Notes: generated by a model not told the origin, from the letters alone. DNA of 64,000 nucleotides from Gammaproteobacteria bacterium (GCA_963662545.2 CAXXLL010000003.1:928001-992000); one strand, 5' to 3'; shown: positions 31,922-43,998, counted from the first letter of the stretch. Made by a program: numbers and translations.

Positions 31922-33307
31922 GAGTTATAACTGAATCTGGTGTTTGAGCGAATTGAATAAAGGCGGCGTATCTGGTTGAAATGTTGTTACCAAGCAGCAA
32001 GCCAACCAAAGAGGATACGCCACCATGAGAGAGAGTAACGTTGTTGAATTATCAGGTCGAGAAGGAATACCAGATCCGTTGACGGAGGTCTTGAGAAACG
32101 GTGCTCGGGCTCTGATTGAACGAGCGGTTGAAATCGAGCTGGCAGAATATATGGCGCAGTATTCAGGACATCGCACGGTGGACGACAAAGCAGGTGTGGT
32201 TCGCAACGGCTATTTGCCGGAACGCCAGTTGCAGACGGGCTTGGGGCCGGTGACGGTGAGGATCCCGAAGGTTCGTTCGAAGCTCGGCGAGCCGGTGACC
32301 TTCCGTTCAGCGCTGGTGCCGCCGTATGTGCGCAAGACAAGAACCTTGGAGGCGGCCGTGCCGTGGCTGTATTTGAAGGGCGTTTCCAGTGGCGAAATGG
32401 GCGCTGCGCTGGAAGTTTTGTTGGGGCCGCAGGCGAAGGGCCTGTCGGCGAGCACCGTGTCGCGCTTGAAGCAGGTGTGGGCGCAAGAATACCGCGACTG
32501 GTGCGAGGGGCGATTGGACCAAGACCGCTGGGTGTAGGTGTGGGCGGACGGTGTCTACAGTGGCCTGCGGGCGGAGCACACGAAGCTGTGTGCGTTGGTG
32601 GTGATCGGCGTCAATGAGCGAGGCGAGAAGCGTTTTTTGGCGATGGAGGATGGTGTGCGGGAGTCCACGCAGAGCTGGCGCGAGGTGTTGCTGAAATTGA
32701 AGTCACGCGGGATGAATATTCCCAAGCTGGCGATCGGGGACGGTGCCATGGGCTTCTGGGCCGCACTGGAGGAAGTCTACGGTGAGACCCGCCAGCAACG
32801 CTGCTGGATGCACAAGACGATGAACGTGCTGAACTGCCTACCGAAGTCGGCACAGGCCAAAGCCAAGCAAGCCCTGCACGCGATCTGGCAGGCCGCGACA
32901 AAGGCCGACGCCGAGAAGGCGTTCGAGCTGTTCCTCAAGACCTATGAACCGAAGTATCCCAAGGCGACCCTGTGCCTACAGAAAGACCGTGAGGAGTTGC
33001 TGGCGTTCTATGATTTTCCGGCACCACATTGGCAAAGCATTCGCACGAGCAATCCGATTGAATCCACCTTCGCTACGATCCGGCACCGGACCCGGCGCTC
33101 CAAGGGCGGTCTCTCTCGGGACGGCATGCTCCATATGATGTTCAAGCTGGGGCGGTGTGCGCAGAAGAATTGGCGACGCCTACGTGGATTCGACTACCTG
33201 GCCAAGGTGATTACTGGAGTTAAATTTGAAGATGGTATCGAGGTGACAAGGGTCAATCAGGTCGCCGCTTGATTCAACCGCCTGAACACCACTTTTGACA
33301 ATAACTC
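31922..33307 (+). mobile_element. IS256-family insertion sequence, 1386 bp, 9-bp target duplication
   Basis: IRs gagttataactgaatctggtgt / acaccacttttgacaataactc. TTTTACTAC at 31913-31921 and 33308-33316. Confidence 0.93.
32025..33272 (+). pseudogene. IS256 transposase with an internal nonsense codon
   Basis: RNGY, PKVR, YLKGVS, WADG, IGDG..G, QRCW.HK, TSN.IES. TAG at 32535-32537 replaces the Tyr of RWVYVWADG and both halves are in one frame. Confidence 0.92.
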
Positions 33308-35788
33308 TTTTACTACCACGACTTCTTGAAGTAATTTTGCTACGCTTCTATCCAATATCTTAAATAAATTTTGATGAAGATCATCAGTATTTTGAGATAT
33401 CTTCGTCCAACTGAGTTCCTCCATTTGTTGAGCTCGCAACTGCAACAACGCCGCGCCAACAGTAGCCGATGACCCTTTTATAGTGTGCATATATCCCTTT
33501 ACGGCAGAAATATCGTCATTCTTGCTCGATTCGTAAGATAGCTGAATCAGCTTCTTACTGTCTATTTCAAAATCCAATATCATTGCCCTAAGTGGCTCTT
33601 TCTTAACTCCCAGCTCCTTTAATTCTCTAATTTCTCGCGGGTCTATTAGTGTTTCAGGAAGACTCTCGTATCGTTGTGCTGAAATATGTATTAGTCGTCG
33701 ATCGTGAGTTCCTGATGAACCATTTTTTCTGGAGAATCTATTAACGGCGTTTCTAAGCTCAAATGCTCTTAATGGTTTCGTCAAATATCCAGCAGCTCCA
33801 GCTTCTTCCGCCGCGATTTTAGCATTTGATGTGGCGTCTGCTGTAAGAATAACTATTGGTGTCGGTACTTCAGGATTTGTGAATTGATAAAATTTGGCTG
33901 CTTCTATGCCGGACATTCCTGGCATATGCATATCGATTAGTGCAACGTCATATCGATTAGTCTCCAGTTCAGAAAGTGTGTCCTCTCCGTTAGTAACGGT
34001 GACAACCGAATGCCCTATTGACTCCAGAGCCATTAACGCGGTCTTAAGGTTAGCGGGACTATCGTCAGCGACTAAGATATCTAGTATTGGTTCATTCGTA
34101 GGTCCTGAATTAACGACATCCTTGCGACCATTCAAAAAAGCCGTGGTCGCAAGATTGTTAATCATCCGCAGGTCAAATACATCACACTTTCGTATAGAGC
34201 TGTTATATACAAGATGCTGCGGGTACGGATGGGATTCTGGACTACAGTATCTAATTATTAATGAATTGGGGTAATTTCGGTTTAGCTCGTCTATGACGAC
34301 TTTATGATGATCGTCGAAATCTTCGTCCACAAAAATTATCTGAGTGAATTCGTCTTCCATATCTACGAAATGTAGGTCATTTGTTGAGCGGCAATTCCAA
34401 CCACTACGTTCGAACGCTATACGCTCATCTTCCGTTATTTCGTTAGGTGTAACTAGCACGGCTGGAATATTCGTCGGAAGACCCTTTTTTATTAACGCTC
34501 CCTCCTGGTCCTTAAAGTTGAACGCAATATTACAGCGTGTCCCGACGTATTCCGTAGATTCATAGAAGATTTCGCCCTCAAGATATTCTATATACTGCTT
34601 TGTAATTGTAAGTCCGAGACCAGACCCTGAGAATTCTCTAGCAGCACTGTCATCTCCAAGCGTAAAAGGTTCGAATATCGTCGGAAGTAACTTAGCCGAT
34701 ATGCCGATCCCGGTGTCTACGATATTAACCGAAACATGGCTAGTGCTGCCGATCCTTTTTGCCGTTACTCGAACACAGACGTATCCGGATTTGGTGTACT
34801 TAACAGCGTTTCCGATAGTATTTATCAAGATTTCTTGTAGATGTTCGGCGGAGCTAGAGACATATTCCGGAACACTGGTATCGATGTACCAATAAAACGC
34901 GATATTTTTTTCAACAGCTTTCGGTTCGCATATGCGAAGTGACGCTAAAAGTACTTCGTACAAATTGAGCATCTCGAATTTAGCTGCGAGTTCCCGGCCA
35001 GCTTCAGCCGACGCAACGTCTAAAACACGATTTACTAAATTTAGGAGGTGCTGAGCAGAATCACTTATCATTCCGAGCTTAGCTTTACGATCACGTTTAG
35101 ATTCCAAGACGGAATCTGCTTCTTCTACCAATATATCTGTCACGCTTATAATTGCATGCAACGGCGTTCTCAGTTCGTGACTCATATTTGCGATAAATCG
35201 TGACCGCGCTTCGTTTACTTCCTTTATTCGTTCTAATACTTCTTTATGCTTCTTTAGTAGCGAAGCCGAATAGATCGGAACGAGAAGTAAGCCTAGGTAA
35301 TATGCTAAAATTAGCGATTTAGTCTTGGATATATCTTCGTTAACGCCAAGCGCGAAGCTAAAGAATACAGTTCCAACTAATATCGACAAGTAAAGGTACT
35401 TGATGCCGAATCGATATCCGTACCCTATTATGCATGTAAGATATATTGGATAGAGAATTACCCCATGCTGTCCTGATATCGCCGTATAAGCGGATACGGC
35501 GCCGAGATCGGCTATTATCCCTATAGAGCGCGTTGTCGTTGTGATATATGACCGAGGTACAATTTCTTGTATGACCAAATAGGTCCAGCCGAAAAATGCT
35601 ACGGAAAAAAACCAATAACTGATTGATAAGATAAAATAGTCGAACTCCAACGCTTCATTAACCGTTTCCGCATTGGAGTGAAAAAAAGACCAAGCTACTA
35701 CACCCGAAACGAAAACGACCCGCACGATAGATTGGTTTAGATCGCTTGGGCTTATCTCGTACTTTTGATCATCGGTTTCGTTTAACAT
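33257..35788 (-). CDS. rpfC: RpfC-like hybrid sensor histidine kinase (multi-TM, HisKA, HATPase, REC, HPt)
   Basis: N-terminal S.D..Q...R and G.G.RFG..YL in the TM sensor. MSHELRTPL, GNAVKYT, DTGIG, GSGLGL, VADD...IDMHMP...LTKP, HTIKGSS. Convergent with rpfF as in Xanthomonas. Confidence 0.85.
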   Translation of the reverse strand: MLNETDDQKYEISPSDLNQSIVRVVFVSGVVAWSFFHSNAETVNEALEFDYFILSISYWFFSVAFFGWTYLVIQEIVPRSYITTTTRSIGIIADLGAVSAYTAISGQHGVILYPIYLTCIIGYGYRFGIKYLYLSILVGTVFFSFALGVNEDISKTKSLILAYYLGLLLVPIYSASLLKKHKEVLERIKEVNEARSRFIANMSHELRTPLHAIISVTDILVEEADSVLESKRDRKAKLGMISDSAQHLLNLVNRVLDVASAEAGRELAAKFEMLNLYEVLLASLRICEPKAVEKNIAFYWYIDTSVPEYVSSSAEHLQEILINTIGNAVKYTKSGYVCVRVTAKRIGSTSHVSVNIVDTGIGISAKLLPTIFEPFTLGDDSAAREFSGSGLGLTITKQYIEYLEGEIFYESTEYVGTRCNIAFNFKDQEGALIKKGLPTNIPAVLVTPNEITEDERIAFERSGWNCRSTNDLHFVDMEDEFTQIIFVDEDFDDHHKVVIDELNRNYPNSLIIRYCSPESHPYPQHLVYNSSIRKCDVFDLRMINNLATTAFLNGRKDVVNSGPTNEPILDILVADDSPANLKTALMALESIGHSVVTVTNGEDTLSELETNRYDVALIDMHMPGMSGIEAAKFYQFTNPEVPTPIVILTADATSNAKIAAEEAGAAGYLTKPLRAFELRNAVNRFSRKNGSSGTHDRRLIHISAQRYESLPETLIDPREIRELKELGVKKEPLRAMILDFEIDSKKLIQLSYESSKNDDISAVKGYMHTIKGSSATVGAALLQLRAQQMEELSWTKISQNTDDLHQNLFKILDRSVAKLLQEVVVVKELLSKVVFRRLNQAAT

Positions 35789-36799
35789 TGCCTATCCCTC
35801 TATGGGAGGAGCTTTTGCCGAAGGTATGTCCCAAAATTAAATTCTTTCAGTGACTGGAAATAATATATGAAGTGTGGAGATATCCAAATTTCGGCTCTAA
35901 TTAAGGGGAATCTCCTGTTGATATTCGGCGGTATCTGATTCTTATCGACTTGACTATTGTTTAGAAAATCTTTTCGGTAATTTATTCAGTATTAACTGAT
36001 TCAAAATGTCAGCCTAATCTGTTTCTTCTACCATAATAGTCCGCTTCATAGTTGAGAGATCATGGTAGAAAATGTTTCATCGAGTAGCTTCTGACGATAT
36101 TGGGTACCGCGGTATTGATTTCTCGTCGCAATACACCAGATCTCGTGCATTCAATTCGAAAGTCAGATATTAGCGGGAATTCAGAACTTGAGTAGGCCGC
36201 TAGTCCAATCGACATTGACATTACCCGTTTACCGCGTAACAGTCCCATTAAGCGTTCAATATTCGATTAAACTGAGCTTCGATGCCATTCGTTTCTAGGC
36301 TAGGCGGATCGCTTCCTCGAGAGCGCCCCACCGAAAACACTGGGCCGCTTGCAATCGTTGGTATCGAGTCTGTAGCATTTTTGTCCTACCTGTAGACATT
36401 CAGTACGGCAAAATATTTGATTTTATGCGCTAGTTTACATCTGCAGCAGTTAAAATCCCCGGTCGATTTAGCGTGAATTCCAGTAACCGCTTTGATCGAA
36501 CGCGATAGCTGAATAGGCGTCCATTCATTATTAGCCCGAGGTCCACATTACGATCACCTCAATCAATTCTATCCGAGATATTTGATCGTGTCCGATCGAT
36601 AGCGTTCCGATATAGGCTTTGCCTAATTCTCGGATTTCTAATCTGGTAACGTAACAATCCGATGGAAGTCACGCGCAACAGGAAAACTGGTCCACATACT
36701 ATTTCGGTTAGCCAAAGGAAATAAAATACGGTAGTGGGACATCTCGATGATGGGGCGTTCGCCACAATTGTACGTAATCAGTCGCAATCGATAATTCAT

Positions 36800-36822
36800 A
36801 AAAAAGCCGGGACATGCCCGGC
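36800..36822 (-). terminator. Intrinsic terminator of the alpha operon
   Basis: Minus strand gccggg-catgt-cccggc-tttttt, downstream of rplQ. Confidence 0.85.
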
Positions 36823-36846
36823 CCAATATAATTTGCGGCTCCGGCC

Positions 36847-37248
36847 CTACGCTTCCGCACTCTCTAGAGATTCGTCTACCTCTTCAGTTTCGGGCCGATC
36901 GACTAATTCGACCATTGCCATTGGCGCTCTATCGCCTGCCCGCAGGCCGCATTTCAATATTCGCAGGTAGCCGCCCGGACGTTCCTGGTAACGCGGTGCT
37001 ATTTCGCCGAACAGCTTTTGCACGATATCGCGGTCACGAAGACGGGCAAATGCCAGACGACGTTTGGCTACTGAATCATTTTTTCCCAATGTAATGAGTG
37101 GCTCTGCAGTCCGCCGAAGCTCCTTCGCCTTGGCAAGCGTCGTCCTGATGATTTCGTGCCGGAACAGCGATACGGCCATGTTGCGGAACATCGCTTTGCG
37201 ATGCGAGCTGGTACGATTGAGCTGACGCCCGCTTTTTCGGTGTCTCAT
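36847..37248 (-). CDS. rplQ: 50S ribosomal protein L17
   Basis: [20 protein letters not shown]. Confidence 0.98.
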   Translation of the reverse strand: MRHRKSGRQLNRTSSHRKAMFRNMAVSLFRHEIIRTTLAKAKELRRTAEPLITLGKNDSVAKRRLAFARLRDRDIVQKLFGEIAPRYQERPGGYLRILKCGLRAGDRAPMAMVELVDRPETEEVDESLESAEA

Positions 37249-37275
37249 TTTCTTTGTGCCTTCGAGGAGTGGTGG

Positions 37276-38283
37276 TCAGACCACCGCGCGCTCCCCTTCA
37301 TATAGCCCGGTCGGCGGCCAGTTTTCCAAACGCATGCCAAGCGATAAGCCGCGTGCGGCCAGTACATCTTTGATTTCCGTCAGCGATTTCTTTCCAAGAT
37401 TTGGCGTCTTCAGCAATTCCACTTCAGTACGCTGTATCAAATCACCAATGTAATAAATGCTCTCGGCTTTAAGGCAATTGGCAGAGCGGACTGTGAGCTC
37501 TAGATCATCGATTGAGCGCAAAAGAATGGGGTCAATTTCAATATCATCCTTTGAGTCCGGTTCGTAGATATCGTCAGCACTGATATCAACAAATACTGCC
37601 AGTTGGTTTCTCAAGATCCCTGCTGCTTCCTTGACGGCCTGCTCGGGGTCAATCGTACCATTCGTCTCGATCGTCAAGATGAGCTTGTCTAAATCGGTTT
37701 GTTGCTCGACACGCGCACTTTGTACTTCGTACGCGCATCGACGCACGGGACTGAACGAAGCATCCAGCTTTAGTCGCCCGATCGCCTGATCCATCTCCTC
37801 ATCCTCCATATCTCGCACGGTGGAGGGTTGGTAACCTCTGCCGCGAGCTACGCGCAAGATCATGTTCAATTCGCCGTTATCACTGAGACTGGCGATGTGG
37901 TAGTCGGGATCAAAGATCTCAACGTCGTGATCGAGAACGATATCCCGCGCGGAGACCTCTCCCGGGCCCTTCTTATTCAGGCTCAAGGTCGCTTCGTCGC
38001 GGGCGTGCATATTTATCGAGAGACCTTTTAGATTTAGCAGGATGTCTGTCACATCCTCCTGCACACCCTCGATAGTCGTGTATTCGTGAAGCACGTTCTC
38101 GATTTCGACCTCGATTATCGCGCTGCCGGTCATAGACGACAGCAATACACGTCGAAGGGCATTACCCAATGTGTGCCCGAAACCACGATTTAAAGGCTCA
38201 ATCGTGATCTTTGCGGTGCGCGGATTGACCGCCCGCACTTCGACGATTTTAGGCTTCAACAACTCATTTAATGCCGACGCCAT
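37276..38283 (-). CDS. rpoA: RNA polymerase alpha subunit
   Basis: [24 protein letters not shown]. Confidence 0.99.
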   Translation of the reverse strand: MASALNELLKPKIVEVRAVNPRTAKITIEPLNRGFGHTLGNALRRVLLSSMTGSAIIEVEIENVLHEYTTIEGVQEDVTDILLNLKGLSINMHARDEATLSLNKKGPGEVSARDIVLDHDVEIFDPDYHIASLSDNGELNMILRVARGRGYQPSTVRDMEDEEMDQAIGRLKLDASFSPVRRCAYEVQSARVEQQTDLDKLILTIETNGTIDPEQAVKEAAGILRNQLAVFVDISADDIYEPDSKDDIEIDPILLRSIDDLELTVRSANCLKAESIYYIGDLIQRTEVELLKTPNLGKKSLTEIKDVLAARGLSLGMRLENWPPTGLYEGERAVV

Positions 38284-38305
38284 AATTCATTCTCCTCCGA
38301 TAGGA

Positions 38306-38929
38306 TTACTTAGAATACAGCTCGACAACGAGCGATTCATTGATGTCGGCAGGCAAGTCAGCGCGCTCCGGAGCCGCCCTGAATCTACCTTCCATCTTTT
38401 TTGGATCTACTTCGACCCATTCCGGAAATCCGAGTTGCTCGGCAATTGCGAGCGAATCCTGGATTCTCATCTGCTTCTTGGCCCGCTCGCGGACCGCAAC
38501 GATGTCCTCTGGAGACACTTGGTAGGACGCGATGTTCACCGCCCGTCCGTTGACAGAAATCGCCTTGTGGCTCACTAATTGCCGCGCTTCGGCGCGCGTG
38601 CAACCGTAGCCCATTCGGTACACTACGTTATCCAATCGGCACTCAAGAAGCTGCAGCAGATTCTGGCCGGTAGCGCCTTTGCGTCGCGCCGCTTTCTTGT
38701 AATAGTTTCGGAACTGACGCTCCAAAACACCGTAAATAATCCGTAGCTTCTGCTTCTCACGAAGCTGTAATGCGTAATCGGACAAGCGCCGTCCGCGGGC
38801 GTCCCCATGCTGCCCGGGCGGCTTTTCCATCTGGCATTTGGATTCGATTGGGCGAGCACGGCTTTTCAAGCCGAGATCCATCCCCTGACGACGGCTCAGT
38901 TTGCACTTGGGACCAATGTATCGTGCCAT
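38306..38929 (-). CDS. rpsD: 30S ribosomal protein S4
   Basis: [24 protein letters not shown]. Confidence 0.99.
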   Translation of the reverse strand: MARYIGPKCKLSRRQGMDLGLKSRARPIESKCQMEKPPGQHGDARGRRLSDYALQLREKQKLRIIYGVLERQFRNYYKKAARRKGATGQNLLQLLECRLDNVVYRMGYGCTRAEARQLVSHKAISVNGRAVNIASYQVSPEDIVAVRERAKKQMRIQDSLAIAEQLGFPEWVEVDPKKMEGRFRAAPERADLPADINESLVVELYSK

Positions 38930-38933
38930 CTGC

Positions 38934-39323
38934 TTACACCCGCCGCTTCTTTGGAGGCCGACATCCGTTATGAGCTATCGGCGTGACGTCCGTAATATTA
39001 GCGATCTTGAATCCCGCAGCGTTTAACGAGCGGACAGCGGAGTCGCGGCCAGGACCAGGACCTTTAACGAAGACGTCGAGATTTTGCATACCGAAATCAT
39101 CTCGCACACTACGCAGCCGTTCGGCTGCTACCTGGGCGGCAAATGGGGTGCTCTTGCGGGATCCGCGAAATCCGCTGCCACCGGCCGTCGCCCACGCGAG
39201 CGTGTTTCCCTGTCGATCGGTAATAGTAATGATCGTGTTGTTGAACGAAGCGTGGATATGGGCCACACCGTCGAGTACGGTGCGCTTTTCGCGCTTCTTC
39301 GTCCGAGTAGATGAAGTTGCCAT
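38934..39323 (-). CDS. rpsK: 30S ribosomal protein S11
   Basis: [27 protein letters not shown]. Confidence 0.99.
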   Translation of the reverse strand: MATSSTRTKKREKRTVLDGVAHIHASFNNTIITITDRQGNTLAWATAGGSGFRGSRKSTPFAAQVAAERLRSVRDDFGMQNLDVFVKGPGPGRDSAVRSLNAAGFKIANITDVTPIAHNGCRPPKKRRV

Positions 39324-39338
39324 TCCTTATTCCTCAAC

Positions 39339-39695
39339 CTATTTCTTAATCAACCTGCGCGGCCCCTTGCGAGTCCGCGCATTGGTTCGCGACCTTTGGC
39401 CTCTAACCGGCAATCCCCGTCTATGGCGGATACCGCGGTAACTTCCCAAATCCATGAGTCGCTTTATATTCATGCTGACTTCGCGGCGCAGATCTCCCTC
39501 CACCGCGTAATTAGTCACAGCCGTTCTCAAGATATCGAGCTGCGCTTCGGTTAAATCCTTAATCAATGCATCACGCGGGACTCCCGTAGCATCACAGATG
39601 TTCTGCGCTCGGGTTTTGCCGATGCCATAGATTTCCCTCAGCGCGATCACTGCGTGTTTGCGATCGGGGATATTTACGCCGGCTACTCGTGCCAT
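39339..39695 (-). CDS. rpsM: 30S ribosomal protein S13
   Basis: [20 protein letters not shown]. Confidence 0.99.
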   Translation of the reverse strand: MARVAGVNIPDRKHAVIALREIYGIGKTRAQNICDATGVPRDALIKDLTEAQLDILRTAVTNYAVEGDLRREVSMNIKRLMDLGSYRGIRHRRGLPVRGQRSRTNARTRKGPRRLIKK

Positions 39696-39726
39696 AGATA
39701 TTTCCTCTTAACCGAACTGCCCTCTA

Positions 39727-39840
39727 TCAGCCTTGACGCTGCTTGTGACGCGGATCCTTACAGATAACGCGCACCGTACCTTTACGTCGGACAATTCTGC
39801 AATTGCGACATATTTTTTTAACAGAAGCTTGTACTTTCAT
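39727..39840 (-). CDS. rpmJ: 50S ribosomal protein L36 (Zn-binding form)
   Basis: Manual translation [37 protein letters not shown]. Confidence 0.97.
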   Translation of the reverse strand: MKVQASVKKICRNCRIVRRKGTVRVICKDPRHKQRQG

Positions 39841-39864
39841 TTGGCTAGCTCAACATTGGTAGTC

Positions 39865-41208
39865 TTATCGGCGCCCATAACCTTTGAGATTCGCCTTTTT
39901 CATGAGTCCTTCATACTGATGTGACATCAAATGCGCCTGGACCTGGGACATGAAATCCATGACGACGACAACGATGATGAGCAGTGAAGTTCCACCAAAG
40001 TAAAATGGGACATTCAGTTCCAAAATCAGAAATTCTGGAAGCAGGCAGACGGCCGTTATGTAGATGGCGCCGGCCGTGGTCAGACGCGTCATTACGCCAT
40101 CGATATACCGCGCTGTTTGGTCGCCTGGACGTATTCCGGGGATAAAAGCCCCGGATTTCTTCAAATTGTCCGCCATCTCTTTAGGATTGAATACGAGCGC
40201 GGTATAGAAGAAGCAGAAAAATATAATCGCTGCCGCGTACATCATTACGTAAAGGGGTTGGCCGGGTGAAATTGTGCTGCTGAGATCACGCAGCCAATCC
40301 ATGCCTTCGACATTTCCAAACCAGCCACCAATAGTTGCTGGAAACAGAATGATGCTGGAAGCAAAAATCGGCGGTATTACGCCCGCCATATTCAGCTTCA
40401 AGGGCAAGTTGGTCGACTGCCCTCCGTACATCTGCCCGCCACGTTGTTGCTTGGCGTAATTCACGGTTATTCGTCGTTGCGCTCGTTCGACGAATACAAC
40501 AAATCCGGTGACGGCTACTGCAAGAACAAATAGTCCGAGAACGAGAATCAGCGAGAGTTCACCGGTACGAGACAGCTCCAATGTGCCCACGATCGCCGCG
40601 GGAAGGCCGGCGACTATGCCGGCGAAGATAATCATTGAAATTCCATTCCCGACGCCGCGCTCGGTAACCTGTTCACCGAGCCACATAAGAAACAGTGTCC
40701 CCGTTACGAGGGTGGCAACGCAGGTGATCTTGAAGGACATACCAGGAGCAATTACGAGCTGCATTCCTGCAGCCGTTTGCGACTCCAACATGATCGCAAC
40801 ACCGGTAGCCTGGAACGTACACAGGACAACCGTGAAATAGCGCGTATATTGCGTAATTTTTCGGCGCCCGGCTTCTCCTTCTTTCTTGAGCTGCTCGAGC
40901 TTCGGGTGCACGACGGTCAGCAACTGCATGATGATGGAAGCGGAGATGTACGGCATGATACCGAGCGCAACTACGGAAAAGCGCTGTAATGCCCCGCCCG
41001 AGAACATATTAAACATGTCCAGTATCGTCCCGCGCTGCTGGTCGAATAGTGCATTTAAGGCGACTGGATTAATGCCGGGCACGGGGATATGTGTACAGAT
41101 TCGAAACACGATCAGCGCGCCCATGAGGAAAAAGAGGCGCTGCCGCAACTCGGTAAGCTTGCCGAGCCCTGCAATTCCACCTGGTAGTTTGCTTGCCGTA
41201 GTAGCCAT
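39865..41208 (-). CDS. secY: Preprotein translocase SecY
   Basis: [31 protein letters not shown]. Confidence 0.99.
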   Translation of the reverse strand: MATTASKLPGGIAGLGKLTELRQRLFFLMGALIVFRICTHIPVPGINPVALNALFDQQRGTILDMFNMFSGGALQRFSVVALGIMPYISASIIMQLLTVVHPKLEQLKKEGEAGRRKITQYTRYFTVVLCTFQATGVAIMLESQTAAGMQLVIAPGMSFKITCVATLVTGTLFLMWLGEQVTERGVGNGISMIIFAGIVAGLPAAIVGTLELSRTGELSLILVLGLFVLAVAVTGFVVFVERAQRRITVNYAKQQRGGQMYGGQSTNLPLKLNMAGVIPPIFASSIILFPATIGGWFGNVEGMDWLRDLSSTISPGQPLYVMMYAAAIIFFCFFYTALVFNPKEMADNLKKSGAFIPGIRPGDQTARYIDGVMTRLTTAGAIYITAVCLLPEFLILELNVPFYFGGTSLLIIVVVVMDFMSQVQAHLMSHQYEGLMKKANLKGYGRR

Positions 41209-41210
41209 GC

Positions 41211-41645
41211 CTAACCTTCCACGTGGCCGCCGGCCGCTTCGATCTGCTTGCGAGCGCCCCTGGTCACTGCAATTCCCTTGAGTGTGACCGCTTTTTCAAT
41301 GTTGCCGGAGTCGATTACCTTGACGCGCTTGATGTCATGTCGAACGAGTCCGGCCGCTTTCAACGCCGCAAGGTCTATGGAATCCAGTTTGAGTGATTCG
41401 AGTTCATGTAAGCGAATCTCGTCGGCGAAACGCGCAACCCGAGAATGAAATCCAAATTTGGGCAAGCGCCGCTGCAAGGGCATTTGACCGCCCTCGAAAC
41501 CGGCTCTGACCGAACCACCTGACCTCGACTTCTGGCCTTTATCACCGCGGCCGCCGGTCCTGCCAAGGCCTGAGCCATTGCCGCGGCCGACACGCTTACG
41601 CGCCTTTTTGGAACCGCTTGCCGGCTTCAGCTTGTTGAGACGCAT
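41211..41645 (-). CDS. rplO: 50S ribosomal protein L15
   Basis: [21 protein letters not shown]. Confidence 0.98.
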   Translation of the reverse strand: MRLNKLKPASGSKKARKRVGRGNGSGLGRTGGRGDKGQKSRSGGSVRAGFEGGQMPLQRRLPKFGFHSRVARFADEIRLHELESLKLDSIDLAALKAAGLVRHDIKRVKVIDSGNIEKAVTLKGIAVTRGARKQIEAAGGHVEG

Positions 41646-41646
41646 T

Positions 41647-41832
41647 TCAGGGCTCCTGTACCGCGACCAGGTAGCTAATTCTGTCGATCATGCCCCGGTT
41701 TTCGGCGGTGTCTTTCACGGAGACTGTCTGCCGAATCCTGCGCAGGCCGAGCCCGCGAGCGCAATCCTTGTGTGACTGAAGGCGCCCGTTCAGGCTCTTG
41801 CACAGGGTGACATTAAGTATTTTCGCAACCAC
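41647..41832 (-). CDS. rpmD: 50S ribosomal protein L30
   Basis: GLGLRRI, NRGMI. Start reset to GTG 41832. Confidence 0.95.
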   Translation of the reverse strand: MVAKILNVTLCKSLNGRLQSHKDCARGLGLRRIRQTVSVKDTAENRGMIDRISYLVAVQEP

Positions 41833-41837
41833 CTTGA

Positions 41838-42347
41838 TCACCCTCGAATCTCTTCCACCGTTTTGCCACGCTTCGCCGCCATTTGCTCCGGTGACGCCAT
41901 GGACATCAATCCATTCAACGTCGCGCGAACCACATTGACCGGATTCGTCGTACCAATACACTTCGCCAGGACGTTATGGACACCAAGCACTTCAAAGACC
42001 GCGCGCATCGGTCCTCCAGCAATAATCCCCGTCCCTTCAGAGGCCGGTTGCATATAAACTTTGGCGGCGCCGTGTTTTCCGATCAACGCGTATTGCAGCG
42101 TGTTTCCATTCAGCGCGATCGAAATCATGCTCTTGCGGGCGTTTTCCATCGCCTTTTGAATCGCCACCGGCACTTCCCTCGCCTTTCCGCGCCCGAACCC
42201 GACGCTTCCCTCGCCGTCTCCAACGACAGTCAGCGCCGAAAATCCGAATACGCGCCCACCTTTTACAACCTTGGCGACCCGATTCACCGTAATCAGCTTT
42301 TCGAAATAGCCTTCATTGCGGTCTGGAATATTCGTTCTGACGCTCAT
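41838..42347 (-). CDS. rpsE: 30S ribosomal protein S5
   Basis: [19 protein letters not shown]. Confidence 0.99.
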   Translation of the reverse strand: MSVRTNIPDRNEGYFEKLITVNRVAKVVKGGRVFGFSALTVVGDGEGSVGFGRGKAREVPVAIQKAMENARKSMISIALNGNTLQYALIGKHGAAKVYMQPASEGTGIIAGGPMRAVFEVLGVHNVLAKCIGTTNPVNVVRATLNGLMSMASPEQMAAKRGKTVEEIRG

Positions 42348-42360
42348 ACTCAATCAACTC

Positions 42361-42714
42361 CTAAAACTTCAATCCGCCCTCGCGTGCAGCATCCGCCAAC
42401 GCTTTTACTCGACCGTGATATTTGAAACCTGATCGATCGAAAGCAACTTCGGATATACCAGCAGCTATAGCTCGTTCGGCGATCAACTTTCCGATCTCAG
42501 TCGCGGCTGCGATATTCCCACCGCTTTGACCACCTGCGCGATACGTCTTTTCCACCGTCGACGCACATGCAATCACCGTGCCGCCGTCAGACGCTAAAAC
42601 TTGAGCATAAATATGCCGCGGCGATCTGTTGATACACAATCTTGTCGCGCCCCTGCCCGCAATACGGAACCGCGTTTTTCGTGCTCGTCGTAATCTCGAA
42701 TTCTTTTTGTCCAT
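42361..42714 (-). CDS. rplR: 50S ribosomal protein L18
   Basis: [21 protein letters not shown]. Confidence 0.99.
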   Translation of the reverse strand: MDKKNSRLRRARKTRFRIAGRGATRLCINRSPRHIYAQVLASDGGTVIACASTVEKTYRAGGQSGGNIAAATEIGKLIAERAIAAGISEVAFDRSGFKYHGRVKALADAAREGGLKF

Positions 42715-42722
42715 CGCGGCCG

Positions 42723-43256
42723 CTAAGCTTTCTTCGCCTCTTTTCGCCTGATATGTTCGTCGCTGTAGCGAACGCCCTTGCCTTTATAGGGTTCAGGTTT
42801 TCGATAAGCCCTGATATGGGCCGCAACCTCCCCTACCCGTTGTTTGTCGACGCCTTTGATGATGATCTCGGTCTGGCTGGGGGTTTCGATCGTGACGTCG
42901 TCCGGAATATCGAAATTCACCGGATGCGAATATCCAAGCAACAAATTAAGTTTTTTGCCCTCCACGTGCGCGCGAAATCCAACGCCGACGATTTCCAGCT
43001 TGCGCTCAAATCCGTGCGCGACGCCCTTGACCATATTGCCCAGTACCGCTCGGGTCGTACCCGATAGCGCTTTCGACTCCTTTGACTCAGAGTTGGACGT
43101 TACGGTGATGATGGATTTATCCATTTTGACTGTTACCAACTCGTGAACGCGGTGCGTCAGCGCCCCTTTGGCTCCCTTAACATTCACAACCTGGCCGGAG
43201 ATTTGCACCTGCACGTCCTGCAGCACTTCGATTGGCATTTTAGCTACGCGTGACAC
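42723..43256 (-). CDS. rplF: 50S ribosomal protein L6
   Basis: [15 protein letters not shown]. Confidence 0.99.
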   Translation of the reverse strand: MSRVAKMPIEVLQDVQVQISGQVVNVKGAKGALTHRVHELVTVKMDKSIITVTSNSESKESKALSGTTRAVLGNMVKGVAHGFERKLEIVGVGFRAHVEGKKLNLLLGYSHPVNFDIPDDVTIETPSQTEIIIKGVDKQRVGEVAAHIRAYRKPEPYKGKGVRYSDEHIRRKEAKKA

Positions 43257-43269
43257 GACCGTCGCAACC

Positions 43270-43665
43270 TCAATACACCGAGCAAATCACTTCGCCACCG
43301 ATGCCCTGCGCGCGCGCTTCTCGATCTGACATAAGGCCTTTCGAAGTCGAAATAATCGCTATCCCTAATCCGCCGACGACAGACGGGAGATCGTCTTTTC
43401 CCCGATAAACTCGCAGCCCAGGCCGGCTTGTCCGCTGCACGCGCTCGATTACCGGTTTGCCCTCGTAGTATTTCAGCTCCACCTTGAGTTCTCTTTGCGG
43501 ACCATCGCCTTCGATGCGGTAATCAGTGATGTAACCTTCTTTCTTCAATACTTCTGCAATTGCGGCCTTTTTTGTGGACGCAGGCATCGATACCTCACGC
43601 TTAGCGCGGTGCTGGCCATTGCGAATCCTCGTCAACATATCGCTGATTGGATCTTGCATAGTCAT
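43270..43665 (-). CDS. rpsH: 30S ribosomal protein S8
   Basis: [23 protein letters not shown]. Confidence 0.99.
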   Translation of the reverse strand: MTMQDPISDMLTRIRNGQHRAKREVSMPASTKKAAIAEVLKKEGYITDYRIEGDGPQRELKVELKYYEGKPVIERVQRTSRPGLRVYRGKDDLPSVVGGLGIAIISTSKGLMSDREARAQGIGGEVICSVY

Positions 43666-43682
43666 ATTTGCGTCCCTTTCTT

Positions 43683-43988
43683 TTACCAGCTTGCTTTCAC
43701 AAGACCAGGTACATGGCCTTCCATCGCGAGTCGACGCAACTCATTGCGCCCCAGGCCGAACTTCCGGAAATACCCGTGAGGCCGCCCCGTGAGACGGCAG
43801 CGGTTTCGAACCCGGACAGGACTCGAATCGCGTGGCAGCTTCTGTAATCGAATTCGGTCTTCTTGGCGTTCTTCCGGTGTCCGGTTCTCGTCCGTAATAA
43901 GAGCTTTATATTCGGCACGCCTCGCCGCGTACTTCTTGACGAGTTTTGCTCGCTTGAGCTCACGATTGATCATTGATTTCTTCGCCAT
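43683..43988 (-). CDS. rpsN: 30S ribosomal protein S14 (long, Zn-independent form)
   Basis: [22 protein letters not shown]. Confidence 0.99.
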   Translation of the reverse strand: MAKKSMINRELKRAKLVKKYAARRAEYKALITDENRTPEERQEDRIRLQKLPRDSSPVRVRNRCRLTGRPHGYFRKFGLGRNELRRLAMEGHVPGLVKASW

Positions 43989-43998
43989 GAAACTACCC

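Noticed and set aside
31563-32340. Minus-strand ORFs spanning the rpfF end and IS256 left end
   Set aside because: They cross an IS junction and are antisense to better-supported genes.
32535-32537. Programmed TAG read-through or pyrrolysine in the IS256 transposase
   Set aside because: It is a one-base change from a Tyr codon in RWVYVWADG, and there are no pyl genes in the window. A simple nonsense mutation is more parsimonious.
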